A DNA stretch of 64,000 nucleotides from Verrucomicrobiota bacterium. Its GTDB lineage: Bacteria; Verrucomicrobiota; Verrucomicrobiia; Limisphaerales; JADJPG01. The stretch is from NCBI GenBank assembly GCA_016713365.1, contig JADJPG010000006.1, positions 52,443 to 116,442 on the forward strand, given 5' to 3'. Within the stretch, counting starts at the first letter, position 1, and every line of letters begins with the position of its first letter. The notes under the pieces were generated by a model, which saw only the letters and a list, made by a program, of their open reading frames with translations, searched no databases and had not been told where the DNA came from. Shown one piece after another: positions 10,886 through 20,950 of the stretch. The translations under genes were made by a program, and so were the position numbers.

Positions 10886-11467
10886 TCAACGACGCGCAAT
10901 CCAAACCAGCGTGCCGAGCGGCACTTGATCGTAGAGCGGAATCAAATCCGAAGCCGCAAGGTGAATGCAGCCGAGCGACTGCGGCCGGCCGAGCGTTGAT
11001 TCATCCCAGTAACCGTGGATGTAAATGTAGCGACTGAAGGTATCGACCTTGCCGCCGCGGTTCTTGCCTTCCTCCATTCCCGCGAGCCAGAGAATGCGAT
11101 GAACGATGTCGCCTTTCGGACTCTTCGGCGATAACCGGCCAATCGGTTTGCGCGCTTTGAAGATCGTTCCTTTCGGATAATCGCCACCAATCTTCCGCGC
11201 GATACGATGGAGTCCGAGCGGCGTGCGGTTCGAGTGAATGATCTGCCCAATGCCGAATCGTGACGTAGAGACAACGAACCACTGGCGGAATTCGTAGACT
11301 GGAAAGTCACCGTTCCGGCTGCGTCGCGATGTTTTCTCAAACACGTTCATCGCCTGGTCCGCGACGGAGACGCAGAGCAAAAAGTGCGTCCGGCGCACGC
11401 CGAGCTTGGTCATCGTGCGTTGAAGCCCGGCGGGAAATTTCGGGACAGATTGCGTCGCTCGCTTCAT
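10886..11467 (-). CDS. L,D-transpeptidase (YkuD-fold) family protein
   Basis: C-terminal IYIHGYWDESTLGRPQSLGCIHLAASDLIPLY contains the His...Ser-x-Gly-Cys catalytic signature of YkuD domains. Confidence 0.8.
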   Translation of the reverse strand: MKRATQSVPKFPAGLQRTMTKLGVRRTHFLLCVSVADQAMNVFEKTSRRSRNGDFPVYEFRQWFVVSTSRFGIGQIIHSNRTPLGLHRIARKIGGDYPKGTIFKARKPIGRLSPKSPKGDIVHRILWLAGMEEGKNRGGKVDTFSRYIYIHGYWDESTLGRPQSLGCIHLAASDLIPLYDQVPLGTLVWIARR

Positions 11468-12171
11468 GGCTTCACTCCGTAATTGATCGTCATCACACCA
11501 CCGAGCAACGGCACAATCCGCACATCACGACAGCCCATCTCGCGCATCTTCGCAGCGACGCCGTGCTGCGCGGGATAATGCTTCAGCGATTCGAGAATGT
11601 AGGCGTGCGTCTGGCTGTCCCCGCAGAACAGCCAGCCGAAGACGGGAACGAACAAACGCAGGTAAGCGAAGTAGAGCGCGCGCCAGACGGCGTTGTCCGG
11701 CTTGCCGAAATCGAGCACGAGCAACCGCGCGCCGGACTTCGCGACGCGCCACATTTCGCGCAAGCCTTGCTCCCAGCTCGTGAGATTGCGCAGACCATAA
11801 CTGATCGTCACGACATCGAAGTGCCCGTCGGGGAATGGAATGTTCTGCGCGTCGCCTTGCAGAAACGATGGGCCGGCGCCAGCTCCACGTCGCCGGGCCA
11901 CCGCGAGCATCGGGCCGCTGAAGTCCAGACCGGTCACCACCGCACCGCGTTGGGCGAGCGCGAAGGCGACATCGCCAGTGCCGCAGCAGAGGTCAAGCGC
12001 GGGACGACCGGCGAGCGGTTCCGCGAGGCGGACGAGACGACGTTTCCACCAACGATGCAGGCCGAAGCTTTGCAGGTCGTTGATGAGATCGTAGCGCGGC
12101 GCAATGGTGGCGAACAAATCGTTCACCCGCGCCCCGCGTTGCTCACCCGCTTCGTAATACCGGTTCGACAT
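11464..12171 (-). CDS. ubiE: Demethylmenaquinone/ubiquinone C-methyltransferase
   Basis: FATIAPRYDLINDLQSFGLHRWWKR, SAM motif LDLCCGTGD, ISYGLRNL, and ESLKHYP near the C-terminus give a full-length UbiE/MenG pattern. Confidence 0.9.
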   Translation of the reverse strand: MSNRYYEAGEQRGARVNDLFATIAPRYDLINDLQSFGLHRWWKRRLVRLAEPLAGRPALDLCCGTGDVAFALAQRGAVVTGLDFSGPMLAVARRRGAGAGPSFLQGDAQNIPFPDGHFDVVTISYGLRNLTSWEQGLREMWRVAKSGARLLVLDFGKPDNAVWRALYFAYLRLFVPVFGWLFCGDSQTHAYILESLKHYPAQHGVAAKMREMGCRDVRIVPLLGGVMTINYGVKP

Positions 12172-12276
12172 CTGGGCGAAAGGTAGCGGGGAGCAAGCGG
12201 AAGCTCAAAGCGCAAAGCGGAGTAGGCGGGATCGACTTTGAACTGAATCCAAACGACTGTCGAACGTTCAAATCAA

Positions 12277-12993
12277 ATGCTCATGAAGAGGACTATCTGC
12301 CTGATACTTGGCGTCGCCGTCGCTCGGACTCGCAGCCTTCCTGTTCTGGAGCACATGTTGCAGATCGTCTTTCCACCCACCTTGAATCCACAGCAAAAAT
12401 CCTCGTGGGCGACCAGATCCGACTCCGCCGGATGGTCGATCGAATCCGACATCGAAATCCTGCAATCAAACGAATCGCTCATCCAGGTCATTCCAACCTC
12501 GATTTGGCGAAGCGTTGGGAAAGAAATATAAAGAGGCGCGTTGAGAATTGATACAACCTACGCCATTCTCCGATCTCGGCTGGAAATCAAGGGTCTGGAG
12601 AACAGTAACATCATCGAGATCCGCGCTCGCAGCGGAGAGCCCAACGAAGCGGCGGCCATTGCGAATGCCATCGCCAAAATAGGAACCCAACGCCTGCCAA
12701 ACCTCGATGCCGCAGAAGGACAGCGAAAAACGAATCGGCTCACCCTGATCGAAGAAGCCACGCCCGATCTTCGCCCCATTCGTCCCAATCGATTCCAAAA
12801 ACTCGCGTTCCCAATCGGCGGTTCGCCGCGATCATCGTCGGCGTTGCTTTGCTCATTCGGGCTTCCATGGTTCCAAAACGCCGCGGCCCGCCGCCGCTTC
12901 GCTCGTAGCCGGCGGCTTCCTTCACCCAAGCTTGCCTTCGCCGCGTGCCGGGGGTTGACTCTCGCCATCAATCGATACGTGATTTGTTTTTGA
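12277..12993 (+). pseudogene. Wzz/GumC-like polysaccharide chain-length-determinant remnant (in-frame stop at 12529 plus a frame change near the C-terminal TM segment)
   Basis: SDIEILQSNESLIQVI.., then after the TAA ..LEIKGLENSNIIEIRARSGEPNEAAAIANAIAK.. and LTLIEEATPDLRPIRPN resemble the N-terminal Wzz domain. There is no kinase domain. Weak call. Confidence 0.35.
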
Positions 12994-12996
12994 TTT

Positions 12997-13728
12997 ATGG
13001 CCGGACATAGCAGATGGGCGAAGGTAAAGCACTTCAAGGGCGGCATTGACGCCAAGCGCGCGAAGATCTTCGCGAAGCTCAGCAAGGAGATCACCATCGC
13101 CACGAAGATCGGCGGGGGCGACCCACACATGAACCCGCGCCTGCGCATGGCGTTGCTCAAGAGCCGCGAGGCGAACATGCCCAAGGAGAACATCGACCGC
13201 GCCATCAAGCGCGGCACAGGCGAGGGCGACGCGGTGAATTACGAGGATCTCACTTATGAAGTCTACGCGCCGCATGGCGTGGCGATGGTGGTGGATTTGA
13301 GCACGGACAATCGCAACCGCACCGCCGCCGAGATTCGAAGCCTGATGACCAAGGCCGGCGGATCCATTGCCACCGCAGGCTCCGTCACGCGACTCTTCCA
13401 GCGGAAGGGTCACATCATGGTTTCGCGCGAGGGCGCAAATGAGGACGCGTTAATGGAAGTCGCGCTGGAGGCGGGCGCGGAGGATTTCAAGGCGGAGCCG
13501 GAAGGGTTCGAAATTCTCACCGACCCGGCGAACTTCGAGGCGGTGCACAAGGCGATCGAAGCGAAAGGCATAAAGTGCGCGAGCGCCAGCGTCACTCATT
13601 TGCCGACGCTGACGGTGCCGTTGACCGATCCTGCGGAGTCCACAGCGGTGAGCAAGCTGATCGAACAACTCGAAGACCACGATGATGTGAAAGAAGTGTA
13701 CTCGAACGCCGAGTTTCCTGACGTCTAA
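12997..13728 (+). CDS. yebC: YebC/PmpR-family transcriptional regulator
   Basis: MAGHSRWAKVKHFKGGIDAKRAKIFAKLSKEITIATKIGGGDPHMNPRLR gives an almost invariant family N-terminus. 243 aa. Confidence 0.95.
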   Translation: MAGHSRWAKVKHFKGGIDAKRAKIFAKLSKEITIATKIGGGDPHMNPRLRMALLKSREANMPKENIDRAIKRGTGEGDAVNYEDLTYEVYAPHGVAMVVDLSTDNRNRTAAEIRSLMTKAGGSIATAGSVTRLFQRKGHIMVSREGANEDALMEVALEAGAEDFKAEPEGFEILTDPANFEAVHKAIEAKGIKCASASVTHLPTLTVPLTDPAESTAVSKLIEQLEDHDDVKEVYSNAEFPDV

Positions 13729-13737
13729 AAGGCGTTC

Positions 13738-16542
13738 ATGGCTGCGCCAAAACAATCACTCGGTGAACGGCTGCTCCTACGGCTCTCGGAACTCGTGTTC
13801 CGGCATCGCGCGTGGTTCGGCTGGCCGCACCTGGTCCTCGCGGCACTCTCGATTTGGTACACAGTCGAGAACCTCGAGTTCCACACGAGCCGCAACGCGC
13901 TGGTCGGTGGCGAGAAGGAGTATCACAAGGTCTTCCTCCAGTTCCGCAAGGAGTTCCCCGTTGAGGACGACATCGTGGCCGTCGTCGAAAGCGAGTTGAT
14001 GGAGAAGAACCGTCAGTTCGTGGAACGTCTCGGAGCGAAGCTGGAGGCGGAACGGACGACGGTAACGGCGGAGGATGGCAAGACGAAGATCGAGACGAAC
14101 TTGTTCGCGCATGTCTTCTACAAGGGCGACTTGAAGATGATGGGGCCGAAGGCGCTGCAATTCGTGCCGGAGAAAGATCTGCGCGCGATGCAGCAATCGC
14201 TCAACGATTTCCGTCCGTTCCTGCTGCAGTTTACGAAGGCGACGAATCTTGTCTCGCTCGTGAATCTGGTGAACTGGCAGATCGGTCACGCAAAGGAGGA
14301 GGCGTCGGACGAGAACAAGTCGCTCGTACGCGCGTTGCCGGCGCTGGAGCGCATCATCAGCCAGGCAACGGATGGATTGGTGCGTCTCGGCACACCGCCG
14401 ACGCCGGGCATCAACGCGCTGTTCGACGGCAGCGAGAAGGCGGAGCAGGAACTTTACATCACCTTCGGCAAAGGTCGGATCTACCTGGCAACGGCGCAGG
14501 CGGTTTCGGAGGAGCGCCGTGGCCTCGCGGTGCGGCGCATGCGCGAGCTGGTGCAGGAGACGCAGGTGGAGGTGCCGGGGCTCAACGTCGGCATCACAGG
14601 CGAACCGGTGCTGGAGCACGACGAGATGGAACAGTCGCAGAAGGACAGTACGCTTGCCTCCATCATCTCGCTCGTCATCGTCCTGGTGATTTTCGTATTC
14701 GGTTATCACGAGACGGGACGTCCGCTGAAGGCGACGCTGTGCCTGCTGGTCGGTCTCGCCTACACGATGGCGTTCACGACGGCCACGGTCGGGCACTTGA
14801 ACATTCTTACCATCACGTTTTTTCCGATTCTCATCGGCCTGGCGATTGATTTCGGAGTGCACTTGATCACGCGATACGAGGAGGAGCTGCGCCACGGTCG
14901 CACCGAACGCATCGCGCTGGAGAAGGCGATGGTGAACACGGGAATGGGCATCTTCACCGGCGGCTTCACCACGGCGGGCGCGTTCTTTGCGATGGCCTTC
15001 ACCGACTTCAAGGGCATTCAGGAGATGGGCATCATTTGCGGCGGCGGCCTGCTGGTATCGCTGATTCCCATGATGACGCTCCTGCCGGTGCTCATCCTGC
15101 GCGGAAAACAAAACGTGCTGGATCATCAGCTGGGACCGGTGTTGGAAAAGAAGGCAGCGGAGGAGATGGATATCCGCGCCCGCATCGAGAACATCTGGCT
15201 GCGCCGGCCCGTGACCATCGCAGTATTGATGACCTGCTTGACGCTCGCCGCGCTGATTCCAGCGCAGAAAGTTAAGTTCGACTACAATCTGCTGAACATG
15301 CAAAGCGCCGGGCTCCCGGCGGTGTTGTTCCAGGACAAGCTCATCGAATCGTCACCGCGGTCCGTGCTCTTTGGCGCGATCATGGCCACGAATTCCGTCC
15401 AGGCCACGAACCTGATTGCCACACTGACGAATCTTCCGACGGTATCGACCGTCGATTCCATGGCGCCGTATTTGACAGAGGACGTCGGGCGAAAGCTGGA
15501 CGTGATTCGCGAGATCAAGAAGGTGGCAACGGAGATTCAGTTCCAGAACGCGGACACGAACTCGGTGAACATTGGCGAACTGGATCAGGCGCTGTTTTCG
15601 CTGCACGGATATCTGGGATTGATTCTCGGCAAACTCGGGGCCGAGGAGGCGAGCCTTCGCGAACAGGTCACGTCACTCCGTCACGCGATCAGCGCCTTGC
15701 GGCAGCGTTTCTTGATGGACGATCGTTCGCTGGCAGCCGAGAAGCTCGCGCACTTCCAGCAGGCGCTGCTGAACGATGTTCATCAAACATTCACTTCGAT
15801 TCAACAGCAGGACGCGGGTGGAAAGATGACGGCGGAGGATTTGCCGTCGACGCTGAAGAACCGTTTCGTCGGCGTGACTGGAAAGCATCTGCTGCAGGTG
15901 TATCCGCGGGAAAACATCTGGGACCGGGAGAATCAGGCCCGCTTCGTCGCGGATCTGCGCAAGGCGGATCGCTACGCGACGGGCACGCCGGTGCAACTTC
16001 TGGAATACACGACACTGCTCAAGAAGAGCTTCGAAGAAGCCGCGATGTACTCGCTGATAGCGATTACTATTTTGGTGTTCATTCACTTTCGGAGCGTTTC
16101 GTGCGTAATCCTTTCGCTGATTCCTGTAGGAGTCGGCTTCCTCTGGATGGCCGGGTTCATGGGTGTGTTCGGCATTCACTTCAATCCGGCCAATGTGATG
16201 ACCCTTCCGCTCGTCGTCGGAATCGGGGTCACCAACGGGATTCACATTCTCAACCGGTTCGCCGAGGAGCTTCAGCCCAGCATTCTGGCCAAGAGCACGG
16301 GCAAGGCGGTGCTCGTCTCCGGCCTAACCACGATCGCGGGTTTCGGAAGTTTGATCGCCGCGAAGCATCAAGGCATCGAGAGCCTCGGCTATGTGATGGC
16401 AACGGGAACAGCGACGTGCATGTTCATCGCCTTGACGTTTCTTCCAGCGATTCTGAACCTGCTGGATCGTTACGGGTGGTCGATAAAAAAAACCCAGCGC
16501 GATAATGCACAATCGACGCTGGGTCGGGAGGAACCGAGGTAA
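13738..16542 (+). CDS. MMPL/RND-superfamily transporter, HpnN-like
   Basis: 934 aa with two blocks of ~6 TM helices separated by large soluble domains. The N-terminal pattern RHRAWFGWPHLVLAALSIWY..FHTSRNALV..FRKEFP resembles hopanoid-associated HpnN. The subfamily assignment is tentative. Confidence 0.85.
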   Translation: MAAPKQSLGERLLLRLSELVFRHRAWFGWPHLVLAALSIWYTVENLEFHTSRNALVGGEKEYHKVFLQFRKEFPVEDDIVAVVESELMEKNRQFVERLGAKLEAERTTVTAEDGKTKIETNLFAHVFYKGDLKMMGPKALQFVPEKDLRAMQQSLNDFRPFLLQFTKATNLVSLVNLVNWQIGHAKEEASDENKSLVRALPALERIISQATDGLVRLGTPPTPGINALFDGSEKAEQELYITFGKGRIYLATAQAVSEERRGLAVRRMRELVQETQVEVPGLNVGITGEPVLEHDEMEQSQKDSTLASIISLVIVLVIFVFGYHETGRPLKATLCLLVGLAYTMAFTTATVGHLNILTITFFPILIGLAIDFGVHLITRYEEELRHGRTERIALEKAMVNTGMGIFTGGFTTAGAFFAMAFTDFKGIQEMGIICGGGLLVSLIPMMTLLPVLILRGKQNVLDHQLGPVLEKKAAEEMDIRARIENIWLRRPVTIAVLMTCLTLAALIPAQKVKFDYNLLNMQSAGLPAVLFQDKLIESSPRSVLFGAIMATNSVQATNLIATLTNLPTVSTVDSMAPYLTEDVGRKLDVIREIKKVATEIQFQNADTNSVNIGELDQALFSLHGYLGLILGKLGAEEASLREQVTSLRHAISALRQRFLMDDRSLAAEKLAHFQQALLNDVHQTFTSIQQQDAGGKMTAEDLPSTLKNRFVGVTGKHLLQVYPRENIWDRENQARFVADLRKADRYATGTPVQLLEYTTLLKKSFEEAAMYSLIAITILVFIHFRSVSCVILSLIPVGVGFLWMAGFMGVFGIHFNPANVMTLPLVVGIGVTNGIHILNRFAEELQPSILAKSTGKAVLVSGLTTIAGFGSLIAAKHQGIESLGYVMATGTATCMFIALTFLPAILNLLDRYGWSIKKTQRDNAQSTLGREEPR

Positions 16543-16716
16543 AAACCTCAAGTCTGGCAAAAGATTAAGTCCACCAATGCCAATGTCAAACCCAACTTTT
16601 TACCTGCGTTCGACGCCGATCCAAAACCCGTTAACGCTATCGCCCACCGGCGTTCGTTCCGGCAGTTTTCTCATTTGTCCCGGCGAAACGGGGTGCTAAT
16701 CATTCTCCTACGTTAC

Positions 16717-18189
16717 ATGTTACGGCGTCGCTCCTTACACTATCTAGGTCTTCTCAGCATCGTGCTGACTTCCGGCGCTGGTCGCGCGCGGGCGACGGAT
16801 ATTCAGGCGGGTCCGCTGTTCCATGAGTTCAAGCTGACGCTCGATTCCGGCGAGCGAATGGAAGCCGTCGGACCATTCTACTACGATCAAACGGTCGTGG
16901 ACGATGGCAGTTCCACCCGCACCTGGGCTGTTCCCCCGCTCTTCTCGTATACCAAGAACGAAGACGTCGATTACGAGTGGTTCGACTTCCTCTGGAAAGG
17001 AATCACTTACAATCGCTACGGCAGCGAGTATCGGTTTCAGGTCATTCAACTGTTCAGTTTCGCCGGCGGCCAGACCCAGTCCGAGACGAACGTCAGCCGC
17101 TTCACCCTGTTCCCTTTCTACTTCCAACAGCGCTCGAAGATTCCCGAAAAAAATTACACCGCGCTTTTCCCGATCTACGGAACCATTCGCGGCCGAATCT
17201 TCCGCGACGAAGCAAAGTTCACGCTGTTTCCGATCTATCTCGGCACTCGCAAGAAGGATGTCGCCACCGACAACTACCTCTTTCCGTTCTTCCACCTCCG
17301 CGAAGGTGACTCGCTGAGCGGATGGCAGCTTTGGCCCTTGGTCGGCCATGAGCACAAGGAGCCGACTTCCCGCACCAATCATTGGGGCGACACCGAACTC
17401 GTCGGCGGACATGACAAACGTTTCGTCGTCTGGCCGCTCTATTTGCGACACCACGCCGGCATCGGCACCACGAATGAATCGCGGCAACTCGCCTTCATTC
17501 CGCTGTACTCGCAATACCGTTCCGAGCAACGCGACTCAACATCCTACCTCTGGCCGCTGGGGTTCACATATACCGATGATCGTGCGAAACGCTTTCGTGA
17601 ATGGGGCGCGCCGTGGCCGCTCATCGTTTTTGCGCGAGGCGAAGGTAAAACCGTTGACCGCGTCTGGCCGCTCTACAGCAAGGCACGAAACGCCTCGCAG
17701 AGCAGCGGCTGGTATCTCTGGCCGCTCTACAAATACAACGGTCTGCATTCCCCGCCCATGGACCGTGAGCGGCATCGCGTCCTTTTCTTCCTCTACTCCG
17801 ACACGTCGGTAAAAAATACGGAGACCGGGCAAAGCCAGCGACTCACCGCGCTTTGGCCGCTCTTCACTGCAAAACGCGAACTCGACGGCCGTCGCCGGGT
17901 CCAAGTCCTCGCGCCGCTCGAGCCCTTCCTGCCGAACAACACCAGCGTGGAACGCGACCTCTCGCCTCTCTGGTCTCTCTGGAGATCGGAGCGCAACGAA
18001 AAGAAAAATGCGACGAGCCAGTCGTTGCTGTGGAACCTCTACCGTCGCGACACCACGCCCGACTCCAGAAAATGCTCGCTCCTTTTCGGCCTGATTCAGT
18101 ATCAATCCGGCCCTGAGGGCCGGCGCTGGCGCGTGGGTTACATCCCATTCGGCACGAAGAAGAACGCGACCGAACCCTCACCTCAGTAG
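16717..18189 (+). CDS. Hypothetical secreted protein with ~18 [LFW][FW]P[LIF][YF]-type repeats
   Basis: Likely start MLRRRSLHYLGLLSIVLTSGAGRARA (ATG 16717; the ORF opens at TTG 16675). Recurrent LFPFY, LFPIY(x2), LFPFF, LWPLV, VWPLY(x2), FIPLY, LWPLG, PWPLI, LWPLY, LWPLF, LWSLW, LWNLY every 15-30 aa. Confidence 0.7.
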   Translation: MLRRRSLHYLGLLSIVLTSGAGRARATDIQAGPLFHEFKLTLDSGERMEAVGPFYYDQTVVDDGSSTRTWAVPPLFSYTKNEDVDYEWFDFLWKGITYNRYGSEYRFQVIQLFSFAGGQTQSETNVSRFTLFPFYFQQRSKIPEKNYTALFPIYGTIRGRIFRDEAKFTLFPIYLGTRKKDVATDNYLFPFFHLREGDSLSGWQLWPLVGHEHKEPTSRTNHWGDTELVGGHDKRFVVWPLYLRHHAGIGTTNESRQLAFIPLYSQYRSEQRDSTSYLWPLGFTYTDDRAKRFREWGAPWPLIVFARGEGKTVDRVWPLYSKARNASQSSGWYLWPLYKYNGLHSPPMDRERHRVLFFLYSDTSVKNTETGQSQRLTALWPLFTAKRELDGRRRVQVLAPLEPFLPNNTSVERDLSPLWSLWRSERNEKKNATSQSLLWNLYRRDTTPDSRKCSLLFGLIQYQSGPEGRRWRVGYIPFGTKKNATEPSPQ

Positions 18190-18198
18190 CACGAAGCT

Positions 18199-18945
18199 AT
18201 GTTTCAAAACGTCGGCGAAATGCTGGTCCTCTTGTGGCGCACCATCCAGGCGCTGCCGCAAATCGTCCGCCAGCGCCAGAAGGTCTACGATCAGCTCTTC
18301 GAGATCGGCAACGCCTCGCTGCTGATGGCCTGCGTGCTCGCATTGTTCATCGGCGGCGTCATCGCATTGCAAACCGGCCCCGTCCTCGCCGAGCGCGGGC
18401 TCTCCAGCGCGATTGGCGGACTTGTCGGACTCTCCATCTGCAAGGAACTCGCGCCCGTGATGATGGCCGTGCTGATCTCCGGTCGCATTGGTTCGGCCAT
18501 GGCCGCGGAGATTGGCTCCATGCGCGTCTACCAGGAAATAGATGCCCTGCGGACGATGAACATCAATCCGATCCACTATCTGGTGCTCCCGAGGATCGTG
18601 GCCATCGCCATCTCGCTTCCGATTCTCGTGCTGTTCGCCATCCTCGTCGGCTGGTTTGGAGGCGGACTCGTCGCCGTGCTGAACGAGAAAATCTCCATCA
18701 CCTTCCAGTCGTTCTTCGTGAATCTCCGCCTCGTCGTCGAGCTCGCCGATGTGTTGAACGGCCTCTTCAAAAGCGCCGTGTTCGCCGTCGTCATCGGCAC
18801 CGTCTGCTGCCATCAAGGACTTGTCACCATCGGCGGTCCGCGCGGCATTGGGCGCTCCGTCACCAAGGCCGTGGTCAACTCCATCGTGTTGATCCTGATC
18901 CTGGATTACTTCCTCACGCGGCTTCTGTTGTATCTCGAGAAATGA
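18199..18945 (+). CDS. mlaE: MlaE-family ABC transporter permease
   Basis: 248 aa polytopic protein. ELAPVMMAVLISGRIGSAMAAEIGSMRVYQEIDALRTM is the conserved MlaE/TTG2B block. Confidence 0.85.
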   Translation: MFQNVGEMLVLLWRTIQALPQIVRQRQKVYDQLFEIGNASLLMACVLALFIGGVIALQTGPVLAERGLSSAIGGLVGLSICKELAPVMMAVLISGRIGSAMAAEIGSMRVYQEIDALRTMNINPIHYLVLPRIVAIAISLPILVLFAILVGWFGGGLVAVLNEKISITFQSFFVNLRLVVELADVLNGLFKSAVFAVVIGTVCCHQGLVTIGGPRGIGRSVTKAVVNSIVLILILDYFLTRLLLYLEK

Positions 18946-19715
18946 GCCAGCCCGACTCCACCACCCAAAGCGTCAATGTCCGCATCGCTGGACTGCGCAA
19001 GAGCTACGACGGCGTGCCCGTGCTCAAAGGTATCAATTTCGAAGTCGAGCGCGGCGAGACGTTTGTCCTCATGGGCCCGAGCGGCAGTGGCAAGAGTGTT
19101 TTGCTCAAGCACATCATCGGCCTCGAACCCGCCGATGAAGGCGACATCTTCATTGAGGGCCAGTCCGTGCGGGACGAGGTGGCCATGGCGAAATACCGCA
19201 TGGCACTCGTGTTCCAGTCCGGTGCGTTGCTGAATTCGCTCAACGTCCTGGAGAACGTCGGCCTCTACCTCACCGAGCACCGCCTCAAGCCGCCGGCGGA
19301 AATCACCCGCATCGCGATCGAGAAGCTCGAGTTCCTCGGACTCAAGAACGTCAAGGACCGCTTCCCCGGCGAACTGTCCGGCGGCATGAAGAAACGCGTC
19401 GCCATCGCGCGCGCCCTCGTAATCGAGCCTCAGCTCATCCTTTACGATGAACCCACGAGCGAGCTCGACCCCCTGAGCGCGGTCATCATCGGCGAGGAGA
19501 TTCTCAACCTCCAAAAGCGCGTCCACGTCACATCAATTGTCGTCACACATGATCGCGATCTCGCGTTCGGCATCGCGGACCGCATCGCGATGATGTACGA
19601 AGGCGAACTCATCGCCATCGGCACCGTCAACGAGATCAAGAATCATCCGCACCCCATCATCCATCGCTTTCTGAACGCTGACTTCAAACCCAACTCACAC
19701 CACGAGACCCCATGA
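18942..19715 (+). CDS. mlaF: MlaF-like ABC transporter ATP-binding protein
   Basis: ATG 18942 overlaps the mlaE stop (ATGA). Walker A GPSGSGKS, signature LSGGMKKR, Walker B ILYDEPTS, H-loop VVTHD. Confidence 0.9.
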   Translation: MSQPDSTTQSVNVRIAGLRKSYDGVPVLKGINFEVERGETFVLMGPSGSGKSVLLKHIIGLEPADEGDIFIEGQSVRDEVAMAKYRMALVFQSGALLNSLNVLENVGLYLTEHRLKPPAEITRIAIEKLEFLGLKNVKDRFPGELSGGMKKRVAIARALVIEPQLILYDEPTSELDPLSAVIIGEEILNLQKRVHVTSIVVTHDRDLAFGIADRIAMMYEGELIAIGTVNEIKNHPHPIIHRFLNADFKPNSHHETP

Positions 19716-20701
19716 AAAACACTCTCGAAACCCGGCTCGGAGTCTTCTTCGCCCTCGCCCTCATTTGCGCCGTCATCATCCTCGAACTGATCGGCGCCGC
19801 AGACTTCTTCACCGGCGGCTACCACATCAATGCCAGCTTCAAGACCGCCCAGGAGCTCAAGAAGGGCGACTTTGTGAAAATGGCCGGCGTCGAGATTGGC
19901 CGCGTCGATGGCATCGAGCTGGAGAACGGTCGCGCCAAGGTCGGCATGAAGATTCAGTCGAAGTACAAGATCAAAACCGACGCCAAAGCCGTGGTGAAGT
20001 TCACCGGCCTCATGGGCCAGAACTTTGTCAGCATCGAAGGCGGCACACAAACCGCGCCCGACATCCAGTCCGGATCTCTCGACACCGTCGAGCAGCCCGA
20101 CCTCAGCGTTCTCATGTCCAAGCTCGAAGGCGTGGCCAGCGGCGTCGAGAACCTCACCAAGAGCTTCAGCACCGACAACCTGAGCACGCTCATGGGACCG
20201 CTCACCGACTTCGTGAAACAAAACAGCGGCCCGCTCACCGCCGTCATCGCCAACATGCGCACCGTGTCCGACAACGTCGCGCAGGGCAAAGGCACCGTCG
20301 GCCGACTGATCATGGACGACGCGTTCTACCTCGCCGCGTACGGAGCCGTCACCAACCTCCAGCTCGCCACCGGCGACATCAAGAACCTCACCGGCCAGGC
20401 CGACGGCATGATCACCCAGGTCCGCACGATCATCGACGGCATCAACGCCGGCAAAGGCACGCTCGGCAAACTCACCAAGGACGAAGCGCTTTACCTCGAG
20501 ACCACCACTGCGATGACCAACCTCCGCGAGATTCTCCAGAAAATGAACCGCGGCGACGGCACAGTGGGCAAGCTCATCAACGACGACTCCTTCCTCAAGA
20601 ACGCGAAGCTCAGCCTCCAGAAACTCGACAAAGCCACCGACGGCCTCGAAGACCAAGGCCCGCTCAGCGTGCTCGGTCTGGCGATCGGAAGTTTGTTTTA
20701 G
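19712..20701 (+). CDS. mlaD: MlaD/MCE-domain substrate-binding protein
   Basis: N-terminal TM followed by an MCE block (LKKGDFVKMAGVEIGRVDGIEL). The C-terminus has GKGTVGRLIMDD / GKGTLGKLTKDE / GDGTVGKLINDD repeats. The start overlaps the mlaF stop. Confidence 0.85.
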   Translation: MKNTLETRLGVFFALALICAVIILELIGAADFFTGGYHINASFKTAQELKKGDFVKMAGVEIGRVDGIELENGRAKVGMKIQSKYKIKTDAKAVVKFTGLMGQNFVSIEGGTQTAPDIQSGSLDTVEQPDLSVLMSKLEGVASGVENLTKSFSTDNLSTLMGPLTDFVKQNSGPLTAVIANMRTVSDNVAQGKGTVGRLIMDDAFYLAAYGAVTNLQLATGDIKNLTGQADGMITQVRTIIDGINAGKGTLGKLTKDEALYLETTTAMTNLREILQKMNRGDGTVGKLINDDSFLKNAKLSLQKLDKATDGLEDQGPLSVLGLAIGSLF

Positions 20702-20950
20702 CCATCCAGCCTCAGTAAACAGCCTAACCGGAATTCGGCCGCAGGTCTTCGACTGCATCGTTACGTCGTCTTCGTTCAATCGGAACCCGACGTAGGAGAA
20801 GTTCTGCATCGCTCGGCGATAGATCCCCTTCCCTGTCCGGCGCCGTTCCAAAATTCGCGCCAACCGATAGTTGCCGCCGCCAGCGCCCCGGCGAGAATGG
20901 CCGAAATAGTTCGTGAGCTGTGAACGCTGAAACCGTCTAATCCAAACACC

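Noticed and set aside
13777-15303. 508-aa ORF on the minus strand
   Set aside because: It is antisense to the well-supported MMPL transporter gene. Its composition is Arg/Gln/His/Leu-rich and low-complexity with no motif, the typical shadow ORF of high-GC DNA.
18234-18941. 236-codon N-terminal extension of the mlaF ORF (18234-19715)
   Set aside because: It overlaps mlaE in another frame and is Arg/Pro-rich nonsense. The ATG at 18942 overlaps the mlaE stop and is followed directly by the ABC ATPase N-terminus.
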